Source: Eledone cirrhosa (lineage: Eukaryota). From it: a stretch of 64,000 nt of DNA. The translations under genes and the position numbers were made by a program. A model generated the notes under the pieces. The model saw only the letters and a program-made list of their open reading frames with translations, made no database searches and had not been told where the DNA came from. Below, in pieces: positions 11,310 to 24,893 of the stretch; position 1 is the stretch's first letter; each line of letters opens with the position of its first letter. The DNA lies in the NCBI GenBank assembly GCA_964016885.1, contig OZ024740.1:187798001-187862000 (forward strand). Reading direction: 5' to 3'.

Positions 11310-11560
11310 TGTAGTAACTTATGCAATATTCGGTTTACCACCTCAACTCCTTGCCTAAAACCATCCTTCAGGGCACAGTCAGGGAATGGCGAAGGAGAGG
11401 CAGATAAACTCCTAGTTCAACATCAAAGACAGGACCGGTTGCAATACCTTTTACATATGATGGAGAGTAGAGTCCAGTGACAACGGCTGACTGTGAAATC
11501 ATTGAAAGTGGCACCCCACTGACTGGCTGCATCAATTGCAGGAACGTGATTGAGTGATTG
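11310..11560 (+). mobile_element. Old RTE/BovB-like LINE 3' relic
   Basis: Reads NSLPKTILQGTVREWRRRGR..NIKDRTG; ends in TGAT repeats. Confidence 0.65.
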
Positions 11561-13132
11561 ATGTAATATTAGTTTCGGAGAAACTTCTTCAGACCCCAAT
11601 TTCATCCTTATTGACATTAGTGTTGACATAGTAGTGATATCAATATCTGCAGCAATTTGTTTGATTAATTATAGCATTACAAAAAATATTTTTAATTTGG
11701 ATGAACCAATTTAATTGTCAAATTGACTTAATTCCATATTATCCAATCAAAACTACAAGCTATTACTTTAAATTATATGATATTCTTATAATAAAATTGT
11801 TTGTATTTATTGAAAAAAAAAAAAATGATCATTTTATTTGGGATGAGTTATCTTTCTATGAAAGTAAAGTAGCTTATGTATCAATAAATAAAGAGAGTGG
11901 GTTGTTTGTAGAAATAGAGTATAGTCAGCTGATCATTTCAGCATTTGTTGTCTGATCTCTTGGATATAAATTATGTTTAAGGGCCAATGTACACATATCT
12001 CATTCCCCTTAACTGCTTTTAGGGAGCCTAATGAAGGAGTAACTCAATAATGTATACCTCAGTTTGATTCTAAAATGATAAATGTTGTGTTAGCTTGCAA
12101 CACTGAATTTATCTCTTTCTGAATTCAAATATGCTTCCATAAGGATGAATATATGAGTATTAAACATTTGGTTTGTATACATAATTGTTTATGTTTGCAT
12201 GCATGAAATTCAATGAAAGAAATTTAAATCAGTATCAGTGGTGGAATTTGAATTTAAGAAAAACATAAAGGTAGAAACAATGCTATGAATGTTTAACAGA
12301 TTATTACTCCTACTCCTCTATTGAATTTATACCCTAAAATTATGATGAATGCATTTGTGAGTGTTTTTCATATTTTAAAATAAATTGAATACATTTCTGA
12401 TACGTATTCAATGAGACAAGTATACCCATATATTCAACAAAAATAAGCCTATATGTACATGCATCCATACACTGGCATGTATATACCTGTGCAGGAATTT
12501 TCAGAATTTGTAGTGATTTTATTTTACAGTTATATTTATATTGAGTTGTGTATTTCTATTCTTAGATTTTATATATATATATATCACGTGTGTGTATATA
12601 TATATATATGTGTGTGTGAGTATATATACTCACATGCATACACTTTTCTTTGCTTCAATTTCATTAAGAGTTTAAATACAAAGATGTGTTGAATTTTCAT
12701 TGCTGAATATCAATGCAGAAATTGAAAAATTGTATTTCCGGTTTTAGATTAATTTTGAAATTGATTATTTCCGCCCTCGTTACACTATTTTGTTTTCAAA
12801 GATTTAAAACAATCCGAGGAAGGGAAATAAGATATTCAGGATGACTAAAATCTCTAGATTTACAAAGGAAATAATCTTTAAAATCATTCTCACTGCCTAT
12901 TTAGATGATCACCTGCAGCAAATTAATATTATGTATCAAATATGAATTTAGATATGTGAAAATGTGTGCATCAGTATGTATGGGAGAAGGGGTTAGTATT
13001 TAGTTGAAATTTATTAAATGAAAATTGATTCGAACTATAATGAGTTTCAATAAGATAATGTGCATTTGTGAGTATTCTCAAAGATTTGTGGTATCATGCT
13101 TCAGATTAGAATAATCTAAATCCTATTCCTAA

Positions 13133-13163
<31 letters not shown>

Positions 13164-13353
13164 CCGTGTAAGCAACACGGTAAAAACCTCCCAGCCCCAC
13201 ACTGTAAATGTGGTTGGTGTTAGGAAGGGCATCCAGCTGTAGAAAACCCGCCAGACAGTCCTATGCGAGCAAGACAACCACTCTTGCCTCAAGTGGGAAA
13301 CTCCCGTCCAAACCCATGCAAGCGTGAAACGATGATGATGATGATGATGATGA
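13164..13353 (+). mobile_element. RTE 3'UTR tail fragment
   Basis: GGTGTTAGGAAGGGCATCCAGCTGTAGAAA...ACCCATGC...(GAT)n; matches the 3'UTR at about 1335-1543. Confidence 0.8.
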
Positions 13354-13625
13354 TACACACACATATATAAAATGTTATCACTTAATTTAAAGACGATTAT
13401 TCTGATGATTAAATGTTAATTATGTCCACTTATTTATCACCTATGATCAGATTAGGTATGAATAGAAACCGTTTGCCTCAATTAAATGATGTAAGTTTAA
13501 ATCAGAAGGCTTTGAATTAACATTATAGAATTTTAGACTATATCAAGAAAAACTAAAAATCATTTAATTTAAAAACAGTTAAAGATAATAATAGATTTGT
13601 TGTTATTATATAGAAACTACGTAAT

Positions 13626-13830
13626 ATGACAGCTGCAGCTTGATAATGTCTATCTTGTCTATTAAGTGGCTGTTGCTGTCCATACGCCAAGTTTGGGAGG
13701 ATGGGTGGTCTGTGATTGATTTGCCGAATGTGGAGGGTGAGTACAGGCTGGTTGGGCATGGTCATGGCTACAGGTTGGCATTCAGTTTAAGGTGTTTGCT
13801 GAGAGTTAGAAGCCTGATTAGAGCAATACA
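13626..13830 (+). repeat. Unclassified dispersed repeat (diverged inverse copy at about 37130-37310)
   Basis: Shared blocks TGACAGCTGCAGCTTGATAA and GGTTGGCATTCAGTTTAAGGT. Confidence 0.6.
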
Positions 13831-13894
13831 GTTCTTATTTATATATATACATAGTGTTGCAACAAAATAGAATATGTTTATTAATGATGTGAAG

Positions 13895-14010
13895 GTACAG
13901 AGCTTAGTGTTTAGGTAATTGGATTCATAATCGTGCGTTTATGAGTTCAATTCCTGGATTGGACAATGTGTTATGTCCTTGAACAAGACTCTTTTTTTCA
14001 CATTGTTCTT
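13895..14010 (+). mobile_element. Degenerate tRNA-SINE head/core
   Basis: GCTTAGTG..GAGTTCAATTCC..GTCCTTGAACAAGAC. Confidence 0.6.
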
Positions 14011-15379
14011 TCTGCTAGGAGTTGCAACTGGAAAGACCAAAGGAAAAATTGTTTAAAATGTCCAATTTGATGAGTCCCATCCTACTTGGTAAGCGATTGA
14101 GGTCTTGGATCTTGCCGATCATCTCTTTCTTTCATATTAACGATGAAAAAAGTAGAATCTTGAATCCTTAATACTTGTTTGTTTACCTGATAGGGGGGGG
14201 GGGGCAAGAGAGATGGAGGTGATGACAGTGGGAGTTTGGCTCTTCTGTGTTCGGACACATTGCACCTGTCATGTGGATCATGTGATATTTTTGGTGTATC
14301 ATCTTGATAATGTAACTTACACACACACAATGAAAGTAGCTTCATTTTATAAAAGGCATAAGAAAAAAAAAATTAAACGTTCGTATAGAGCTAGTAGGCG
14401 AACACAGACTAGGGGAGGTATCTAGTACTTCTTCCAGTTTAGAACCAAATAAAAAAGATAGACAGAGATAAGTGAATATAAAAATGAAAATAAAAATTTA
14501 ATGACAAAATTGTAGATAGGGAAGTTCATCAGGAGGTGGAATAATTGCATAAAAGAAAAGAAAGGAAATGTTTCTTTTTAAATGGAAAACAAGGGAAGCT
14601 GCAAAGCATCGAGAAGTTTCTGTTATTGAATCTTTTTGCAACCTACTCGAATATTTTGTTTATAATTGTTAGGTCTTTTACACTATATTGTATCTGCAGT
14701 CTTGATAGTTTTTGAATGATTAGCTTCAAGATACCGTCTCTCTCAGACTGGTAGTTTCTACATTGGAACAAATGAAAATGCTCTTGTTAACTAGTTGCAT
14801 ACGTTTTCTATGTGAATTGAGTAAATTAAAGTTCAATGCATCTGATTACAACACCTTTGATCAGTCTGACAGTATATAATTCTTATGCTTCTGAGCAAAC
14901 TGGGTATAAAGATGTTGCTTTTAAAGAGAAATGTATGATTTTACTCACAAGATGCTCCACAACTCCAGTCTGCATGAGGTAATTCAGGTAAGCATTGCAG
15001 AAAATGTAAATTATTATGAATTTATTGCATTCAGTTATGAAGCTCTGAAGAGAAATGGTTTCAAACAGTAAGATCCTAGGTTAAGCAGAATTACCAAGTA
15101 TAAAATGTGTTTTTATAAGGAAAAATCAATACATTGATTGGGATAAACTAAACCATTGTCATTTGAAAAGATTGCCAATGTTGATCCTGTAATCATAGCT
15201 ACCTTAAGGTAAGGAAATGTGATTGACTTCCTCTATATTATAAGGAGACTGTAAAAATGAAACTGAAAAATGAAATGAGATAAATATGATGCCATAAATA
15301 TCCATAACACATCAAATCGATGGTGGGAGAGTGGTGGCAAAAGAGGTATACAAGTGCACATGATAATTAACATCGACAG

Positions 15380-15410
<31 letters not shown>

Positions 15411-18400
15411 TAAGGTTACATGTTTATGTGTGTGTATAAATGCATACATTTGTATGTATGTATATATATATATATATATATATATTTGTGTGTGTGTGTG
15501 TGTTGTAACCCCCGCCTTTTGGCAATAAACAGGTGGTACATCAATAGGGTAAGATCTCCAATACTAATTGTTTTTTTTACTATGCTTTAATCTTCTGGAT
15601 GGTCATAACCTTCAATTGGTCTTAAGGCTTATAACTGGTCACTTAATTGGGTGCCATACCTTTTTTATAACTTTTCAAGTAAAAGTTGTTTATGTGTTGG
15701 CATTTATATAACATTACTATCAGTATTTGACTAGTATGTTGTTTGTGTTAAAAGGTTTCTACACTATAAATAGTTGGCATTGTTAATTTCTATTCATGCA
15801 TAGCATGCTGTGCTGAAAAATCAACTAGTTGATGTCAATAAAGATATTTGCTCATTGTTTCTAAAATCATCTAATTCAGTCACAAAGATAGGCCCTCTTG
15901 AGATATTTGCTTATACCATTATGCAACCTTTTAACTCTTAATATTAAATGGCATTAGTGAAGTATTAAAACAGCTCTATGATTGCATCACATTAAACATT
16001 AAAGTTTTACTCTATTATTTCAAATGTTCACAATGATTTAGCCTCTAATAAATGCACTATAATCATTTAGATTAACAAACCCATTGTTAGATATTTTCTG
16101 CTAAATTATTGTATATTTCATAATTGCCCTATTATTTGATAGTATTTGAGTAATTTAGAATAATTTTGTTAGGTTTAAGTTTGCTTGTCCATAATTTTTA
16201 TAGAAGTATATTTCTTAGTTAATATAAAATGATTACAAAAATCTTAGTGGATATTTTCTCAATTCTTTTTAATTTTGAGATTCTCTTAAAAATAATTTAA
16301 GAATTTCGTAGTTTTGTCTGTTGCCATTATATAACATTCGAGGATATTATTTGTAAACAAAATAGCTTGTTTTTTTTCACTATAAATTACCGATTAACAT
16401 ATCGTAATTCAATCCTGAAGACTCTGTAGTTGCATTAGAAAAGTAATATGTACAACTAAAACATGAAACAGAAAGCATACAGCCGGTTTTGACAGATACC
16501 TAATCACTAAACAGAAATGAACTCTCTTGTTATTATTGTACTGAAAAATTCTTAAGAATTCATGCCAAGAGGGTTAAGGCAATTTTTTTTCTTTATTAAC
16601 CTGTCAATTTATCTTGTTCAATCTTATACAATATAGCATTTTGTTTATTAACTGGAAGTTATGTTAATTTTCCCAGTTTTGCAATATATATTGAAATAGA
16701 GAAAATATATTTTATATTTTGTTATTAGATATTCCTTGTCAGCTATTACATTTTTTCAGTATGTTGAGGTCAAAACCCTAATTTGTATACACTTGTGAAA
16801 TAAGTGGGTTAATTTGTTGCTAAATATTTCACCAAAAGGACAATAACTTTTAAAACTAAATTTTGCATAAAAAGTTTCAGCTTTCTTTATTGATACTTGA
16901 AATTCAGTTGGAGCTAGTCCTTTGATTTATGTAATAAAACAGACCTAGTTTAGTGAGCAATTGTAAAATGCAATAATTATATCTAAGTTATATTTATATT
17001 TTTCTTGTATAATTCAAAATATTTCAACCGGATAATAGAAAACATTTTACCTCTTTTCCAGTAATATTCAAATATATAATTAGTTAATTGTTCAGGTTTA
17101 CTAAATTTAAGATATATCATGTTTGGTGTTTTATTATGTAAATTAAATTCATAAATAATGAAACCTGAAGGATGCATAACAGTTATGGTGTATATGTGAT
17201 GTCTGGATGTGTGGGCATTTGCATGGAGAAAGCAAAGGGCCTAAGTATGCATAAGTATGAATCTTTGCATAGAAATTTTATCTTCAAAGTGCAGGTCTGG
17301 ATAAGGTTTTCTATTAAAATCGCCTATGTGTCCATGAAAAAAATGAAATAAAATTTACAGCTCACATATATGCAGGTTTTATTACGATCATATAGTTATA
17401 TCTCATAGAAGGTTTGTTGGGTGTTTTAGTGATAGGTACCCCCATCTTTTCATGAAAGGCAATGTGAAATTAAGTATCTTGTTCAAGAACACAATATGCA
17501 AGAACAATATGATCATAAATTTAATACCCTAACTATTAGGTAACACATGCAGGCCTCACTTTTCCACATTACTGGTACACCTTGAAATCATTGTCCTCAT
17601 AAGTACTGCTGTCAGAATGAATAAAGCTGGAATAGATACAAGAAATCCCATCTCACACTCTAACATTTCTACCAATCTACCAACTTAGAATGGTATTTTA
17701 TCAATTCTAAAGTATGTAATACAAAGTTGACATCAGTGAACTTTAAACCAGAAACCAGAGCAAATACCACAAGACATTTCATTTGATGCTCCAACGTCTC
17801 AACCAATTCCCCTTTGCAGCTTTTCTTCAATAATTTTACGAACATTATTGATATTCTCTCTCTACTAAACTTGATTTACGTCTTACTATTAATAGTAGAA
17901 GATAATGTATCACTAGTCTCTTCACCTTATTAAAAATAATCCTTTGATTTCAGTTTACAATGAAACAAATTCATTTTTAATTGTAGGAAAATAGTTTTAA
18001 TGGGCCATTTTCTAAATGACAATATTTAAAAAGAAGATTAAATGACGTGAACTGAGAAAATTAAAAGAAAAACAGTTTATTGCAGAAAGAAATAAGAAAT
18101 AAATACTCTCTGTGAAAAGATATGGCCTTTTTATTTGTGCTCTAAAAAAAAAAAAAAAATTTTTTATCAACATTGTTTGGAGGTTTGGGTTCCATTGATT
18201 TATCCATAGACAAATATGTTTTTACGTTTAAGGTCAGATTATATGCAATTATATGCATGATATTACCGTAGTTTAATAATATAAAGTCTTTTATTATCTA
18301 TGTGTTTTCAAAATGAAATATATTTCTTTCCAGTTTCTAACATTTAGATTTATTAACACTTTACGACTATATTACTACAACTAACATTATGCTTTGCTCA

Positions 18401-21400
18401 GATTTATTTTATGTCATTTGTGTTTATTCGTGGTGCTTGTATTTTATGTTGTTTTCGTTTTTGTTTTTAAAAGGATATACACATCTTCTCAATTTTCATT
18501 ATATCAAAGCTTAGCGTTGCCATAATCCCTGTTGGAAAAAGCTGGAAGTAAAGCAACTGTCCTTGCCATTACTTAATTTTGCCATAAATCAAGAAAATCA
18601 ATATTTCCCTTCCAGTTATTGAACTGTCATAATGCTAAAATATTCTACTGATTACAAATAAAATCTATCTAGGTTCAGTAACAATATCATAGATTAAGAC
18701 ACAATCTGCTTATATTAGCAGCGAAATCTGACAGCTTAATTCTTTGCAGAAGTAAATCATGAAATAATGTTTCCATATGTTTTTAGGAAATTTTAATATA
18801 CTCATAAATGAAAAGAATTTCTTGTGGAGAGCAAGTTGTATCAGTTTCTTTTAATTACAATTCCTCTAAATATTAATATTAGTTTATTTCATTTCTACAG
18901 ATTTTCTTGCCTTTCTGGCCTTTGAAAATGTGTGTCCATATAGATTTCATAATTATCATTATAATGATTGATTTTTGTCTGATTTTCAATATGTATCTTT
19001 TTAAATTATTCTTCGAACAACGTTTTGGTTTTCAAAATCCTATTTCAAATCAGAATTTATTTCTTCATTCCAATCCTATTTGAGTTTACTTATGTTATAA
19101 TTACCACAGTATTTTGTTTTGTATTATCAGTATCCAATCACATGTCTATATCTATTAATTTCACACCTTTGCAAATGTTTGAATCATTTCAATTTAACTC
19201 ATTTAATTCAAGGTTTAGCTTATTCATCATTCTTTCCCTATTTAGTTTTTTTATTTAATTTAATTAAAAATGTTTTTTTAATATTCCCTTATGTCTGTAT
19301 ATATTGTCCTTATTTGTCTTTCAAATGTACGAAGTACTGTACATTTCCAGTCTGTCATGGCTTACTAGCTCTATACGGAGGTTTATATTGATTAAATAAA
19401 GGAATGGATATACCATGTTCAATACTAATCTGATTTATTTAATTGTAAATGTGCCTACCATATACCTTTCTATTCAATAATATGTGTATGGTTGAAACGT
19501 TCGCAACAATGTGGTTTCATTTATCATCCTACTCTTTGACACAAATATTTTTTTCTGCCAAAGTCTTGAGTTGATTCATAATGTATTAGCAACATTTTGT
19601 AGATGGGGACTGTGCAGAAGCACATCATGTGGCTGTGTATGCCTGTATGTTTATATCAGCATGGGTGTCAACCAGTATATTTGAGAAGAAAATATACTGG
19701 TTCATAACATTACACTACAATACAAGAAATGTAGATTCATTTTTATTACAAAATGACTAGAATGATTTTACATATATTTTTATGACAATTATTTTGAGTC
19801 TTGTATATCAAATTCCAACACTAATATATATATAGTATTAATTCATTGTATATCAGGTGATTGTAATATCTATTAACAGTTTTTAACCAAAGATGCATTT
19901 GTCTTTTTATAAATTGTTCTATTATTCATCAAGCTTAGATATTTGATATACTAGTCAATACACAATGTTGTGTTTATTTGTAGCTGTTACAGTCTATTCG
20001 CTTATTTTTCTACACCTTTACTGGTTGAAATCATTTGTGTCAACATTAAACATGAAAGTAATAGGACTTAATATGTTCAAAGTTAAATGATTACATAGGT
20101 TTCTATAAACACAAGGGAATCAAATTGTTACACATTGGTTTTGGTGAGAAGATATCAAATACTTTCACAACTTTTCTTTCAGTTATTAAATAATTAAATA
20201 TCTACCAGTCAAGTACTGGAGTCTATTCATCCTTTATATTTCTTTCTCACTTTCTCTCTCTCACTTTGTATCCCTCTCTGGAAAAACATCTGCCGTGTTC
20301 AAACCTGTAGAGTCAGGTTTTAAATGCCCGAGGAATGCCTTATACCACTATGTAGCTCCTACCACTCCATCATGAGTTACAGGAACATACCATACCAAAT
20401 AATTTCTGGTATTAGATAGAAAATGTAGCTTCAAGCAATGGTCTAACTCTAAGACATTTGTTTCAACTTGACTTTTCCTCTGCTCTGAAATATTTAGCAA
20501 ATATCTAAATTTGCAGAACATTTTAATAAATGTCAGCATGAAATAATCAGAGACAAAATGAAAATAAAAATACATCATATCTAGAAATAATTATATTAGG
20601 ATTTGTGTTGGCTTTCGTTATTTTCATTCTTTGTCTTGATAATTAATTGATTAACTTGTGTAATATTTCCCTGTCAAATTTCGCTATTATGCCTTAAAAG
20701 TAAATTTTATTGAACAATAGGAATAGTTATTAAATTGGACTTAACTTTAATTAAATTATTGATTTTATTTTGCTTCTTAATTATTCTTAGAATTTTTGTG
20801 TGTATACATATACAATATTTTTCTTGGTTTTGGGAAAATAACTGAAGCACAAAATGCTACTGGGCATTTAAAAAATTTACTTCAGACATCATTGGCATTT
20901 CTGATTTAGTAAGATATTTCATTTCGCTTGATAGTTTCATTGTTTTGAATTTCCACTTCAAATGAATAATTTTATTTTAAATAATTTTTAAAACACATTT
21001 TGCCAAACAACAATATTGAATCCAAGCAAATGTATATTATTTTATGTGTTTTTTTTGTTCTTAAAATTATTTAAAATATTTTCTTCACATATTTTCAAAA
21101 GATATATTAAATCTGTTTCATTTTATGCAGAGAACAGTTTTTATTAATAACAAAGGAAAAATTTGATTTATTCATTAAAATGTCTGAATTAAACAAATGC
21201 AATTTTCGATCTAACAAAAGTATTGGAGAATGTGGTTTATAACAAAAGCAAAAGTTCAGCTAAGAGTAATCAAGAATTATTTAAGATGTTTATTATTAAA
21301 AGTTTTTATCCTAAATTATTTTGAGATTATTTTAAAATAAAAGAATATTATTTCTGTAAATATATATCTAAAAACACATTGTTTCTTAGCAGTTAAGTCA

Positions 21401-21777
21401 AATTTGCCTTCATATGACGAGACTTGAAATATAAGCAAAATACTTGGTTTAGAACAAAATATTTTACAAAACTATAATACAGTTCTACGATATGTTTCAG
21501 TAATTTTGAAAACTAAAAAGCATTAATTTCAATCAGCAGTTTTATGTCAATATTTACCTTTATTGCTCATCCAAAATGTATTTACAAAAATAAGAGAGTA
21601 CAATGTATATGGGTCATTATGTAATTTTGTAAGTTTATATCATGGTATATTTTGATAGATGGCGGAAAGTAACGATATTATTTCATTGAACTTCTGAATA
21701 TTTTAGATACAGTCTGGATACGTTATTCAGACTTGCTGCCTGTAATATATTTTAGTAGAAAGTAAGTCCTGTTATTA

Positions 21778-22943
21778 TCTATATAAAACAGAGGATGTCT
21801 GTCTGTGTAGATGCCTAAAACTCGAGAAGTACCTGACAGATCTTTTTCAAACTTTACACATGCGTTACTTATATTTCTTGACATGGAATGGCTAAAAGCA
21901 TCTTAACTTTCTCTGCCCAAGGGCCTGTATTAGACGAAAAACCGCATTTTAAATGCATTTTTAGGCTTTTCTGAGGCGTAACTTAGATAATCCAGCGGAT
22001 TTCCTCGAAATCTGCAGCACACATTAGTTAGTCCCCTCACATTGCTGTGGACAAAGCAATTTCCGATTCCATTAATGGTTTCTAGGAAATTTACGAATTA
22101 GCATCGGGCATTACATGCCATTTTCATTTTCAATATAAACGCTACTTAAACATCGTAAGTAGCGCATAATATTTCGTAAAAAATTTGGTTTATTTAACAG
22201 AGGACACAACACTTACTTACATTTAAGCAGGAGCATTTTTGGGAGATTGAGGAAATGAGGATGACCTTAAAATTTTTGTTGGCGCCCTGTTGACGCTTCT
22301 TGCTTTCATCACGCGCAAATCTGGGCCCTGTGTACATTGTCGTGTTATTGACACCGTAAAACTCACGTCTGTGTTACTTCTACTCAAACCCCTTTTGTTG
22401 CACCTACACTGCAGTATGAACGCCCTGCGCAAGTACGCCGAACAGCGATTGTGCAAATTTTGCAGTGACCCCTTTTGTCACACCTTTGTTGCTGTGTAAA
22501 CGCAGTGCAACCAGTGCTGCCCAGCGTTTGTGCTAATTGCACTATGACCCCTTCTACTGCAGCTGCATTGCGACGCTGATTTCGTCATCTCAATATCCCT
22601 ACTTAAACGTTCATCCTTACTTGGTTTTCATACAATTGACTAATTCGCTCCTTCAGACTGACATGTGTGCCCCATCCGTGACATAATTCGTGAACAGACT
22701 TATGACATACATCGCCCCACAACACTTACTTACTGATTTCGCATACAGGATTTCTGCAATTAGCCCACTGACACTGCTACTACTGGATTCAGCCTGCTGG
22801 TGTTCTACATTTCCAAAAGATGAACAATCATTCCCTGAGAATAAGGGAATTCAAAAAGTACACAGCTACATTCCTCAATCTTTGCATATGCGTGTTGCTA
22901 TTTCACGTTTCCTACCCCGTGCAACGCCGTGTCCTGCTGCTAG
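21778..22943 (+). mobile_element. Non-autonomous Helitron A
   Basis: A|TCTATATAAAAC start; subterminal CCCGTGCAACGCCG; CTAG|T end; inserted between A and T with no TSD. Confidence 0.8.
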
Positions 22944-23429
22944 TAAGGTATAAGTTCATGATTCATTTGAAATTCTTAATATTTGATGGTGTTGAAGTTC
23001 ACTTAATAGATTATTTCAGAAACATTACAACTATTTTCTTGTGTTTAATCAAGCTATTTATACATATGATATACATAAATAGTTAGAGATAAATATACAG
23101 TTTTAATTTACATCTTCAAATATCTATATACTAGTATAGACCGGCGTTGCTTGGGTTTGTTCATTTTCTATGAAAAGGTACATACAGGTAAACGTGACTT
23201 GAAAGCGAATAAGCTTATCAATTAAGTGCATAAAGCAGTTGAACCGGTTAGCATTTTGGACAATCAATGATGGGTTAATAATCTTCCAATAGCGAATTTA
23301 GCATACCAAAGTTGCAAGATGGTGGCCCTGATGCCGCTGGGTGTCAGATCTGTCCGCCATGGGTGACCCTACCAGGAAATAGTTTTCCAGACGGCATAGC
23401 TCCAACACGTCCAACACCTGTACCAACAT

Positions 23430-23700
23430 CTATAGCACCTCTTTGTTGACGATATTGCGTGTCATCCCTTGAGGAATGTAAGCAAAACGTCCATTCCTGC
23501 TCCCTACGCGGGAAGAAGCAACATAATGTTGGCCATGGAAGAAGCATGGCTCCCCAAAATGGATGCCCGCCACCGACAATGTTTGCCCTTGTAACTTGTT
23601 AATAGACATGGCAAAACATGGTCTCACTGGGAATTGGGATCGCCGGAAATCGAACGGGATATCTGACGCTGAGGGGAAAAGGTTCATCCTTGGCAGTGTA
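23430..23700 (-). pseudogene. Helitron RepHel Pif1-family helicase C-terminal fragment
   Basis: FRRSQFPVRPCFAMSINKLQGQTL..PCFFHGQHYVASSRV..TRNIVNKEVL (Pif1 motifs V/VI and the typical Helitron C-terminus). Confidence 0.9.
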
Positions 23701-23920
23701 TTCGGCAGAATTGCCAGAAGTACAACACTATGGGTGTTGTCATATTAATATTTAACCAATGAAAGTCATAAAAAATAAATAATTTCAACATTCCGATTCA
23801 TATGTCTATAGCATTAATCTGTTACATGAAGTGTTATTTTGCGGGTTGTTATTTGCAATAAGCCGATTTAAAATACCCCATAAAAACCGTATGTCAATAC
23901 GGAACTCCAATGACTCCCCC

Positions 23921-24243
23921 AGCAGTTAAATTATAGAGAGGGGAATAATCTATTACAGAGAGAGGGAAGAGCGATCGAGAGAGTAAAGCTAAGACACTAT
24001 AGGAAGGTGTGTAAAACAGTGTTGTCATATAGAGAGTGAAGAGCGACAGAGAGAGTAAAACAGTTAAATTATAGAGAGGGGAAATAATCTATTATAGAGA
24101 GAGGGAAGACCGACGGAGAGAGTAAAGCTAAGAAACTATAGGGAGGTGTGTTAAACCTCAAAGCATGAAGAGAGTAAAGCAGTTAAATTATAGAGAGGGG
24201 GAATGATCTATTATAGAGAGAGGGAAGAGCGATGGAGAGAGCG
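23921..24243. repeat. ~120-140 bp tandem repeat (about 2.5 units) inside Helitron B
   Basis: CAGTTAAATTATAGAGAGGGG..TCTATTA.AGAGAGAGGGAAGA.CGA recurs at about 23923, 24061 and 24180. Confidence 0.85.
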
Positions 24244-24771
24244 TTATGACTATGTTTGTTGTTGTATAAAATAATGTGTTGCTTAGTTTTCAATGTTTAT
24301 GTCGCTGTTGAGAGAGTGAATAAGGTTACAGCATGTATTTAGTTTTATCGATTGTTTTCATAGAAGCAGGAATGTTTTGGCAAAGTTTATTACGCGTTGA
24401 CCATCGTTGGTAAATTTGGAGCACATTGGAAAAGAATCATCAACATCGGTAGAGAAATGTGGAAATGCATAAAAATCATACACACACATCCGTTTTATAT
24501 ATATATAGATAATTATTTATGTATTCAATATTTGTATTTCTGTTGGAATTAATTGCGTTGAAAAGAGTGTGATGTATCTCAAAGTAGTTGTCAACTATAC
24601 AGAATATTATTACAGAATAAGGCAACAAAGATAGCAACAATATTGACACTTGACGAAGAGAAGATTAAATAGATACATAAAATCTATAAACATACACTCG
24701 TAATGGAATGTGTATTGAGTTACATATATACATCTTGAAATAAAACTGAACATTATTACGTCCATTTACAA

Positions 24772-24893
24772 TCTGAGTTCAAATTCCACCGAGGTTAACT
24801 TTGCCTTTCATCCTTACGGGGTCGATAAAATAAAGTACCAGTAATGTACTGGGTAATTGCTGGCCTTGTGCCAAAAGTAGAAACAATTATTAT
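24772..24893 (+). mobile_element. SINE family 2 fragment (ATT tail)
   Basis: GAGTTCAAATTCC..GCCTTTCATCCTTACGGGGTCGATAAAAT..GTAGAAACAATTATT; near-identical to the copies at 49910-50340. Confidence 0.85.

Larger units (their letters stand above)
23131..24509 (-). mobile_element. Internally deleted Helitron B
   Basis: Minus strand A|TCTATATATATATAAAACGG start; CCCAAGCAACGCCGG then CTAG|T end; retains a helicase C-terminus. Confidence 0.88.

Noticed and set aside
23921-24243. CRISPR-like repeat array
   Set aside because: Eukaryotic context, no unique spacers, no cas genes; it is a degenerate tandem repeat in a Helitron.
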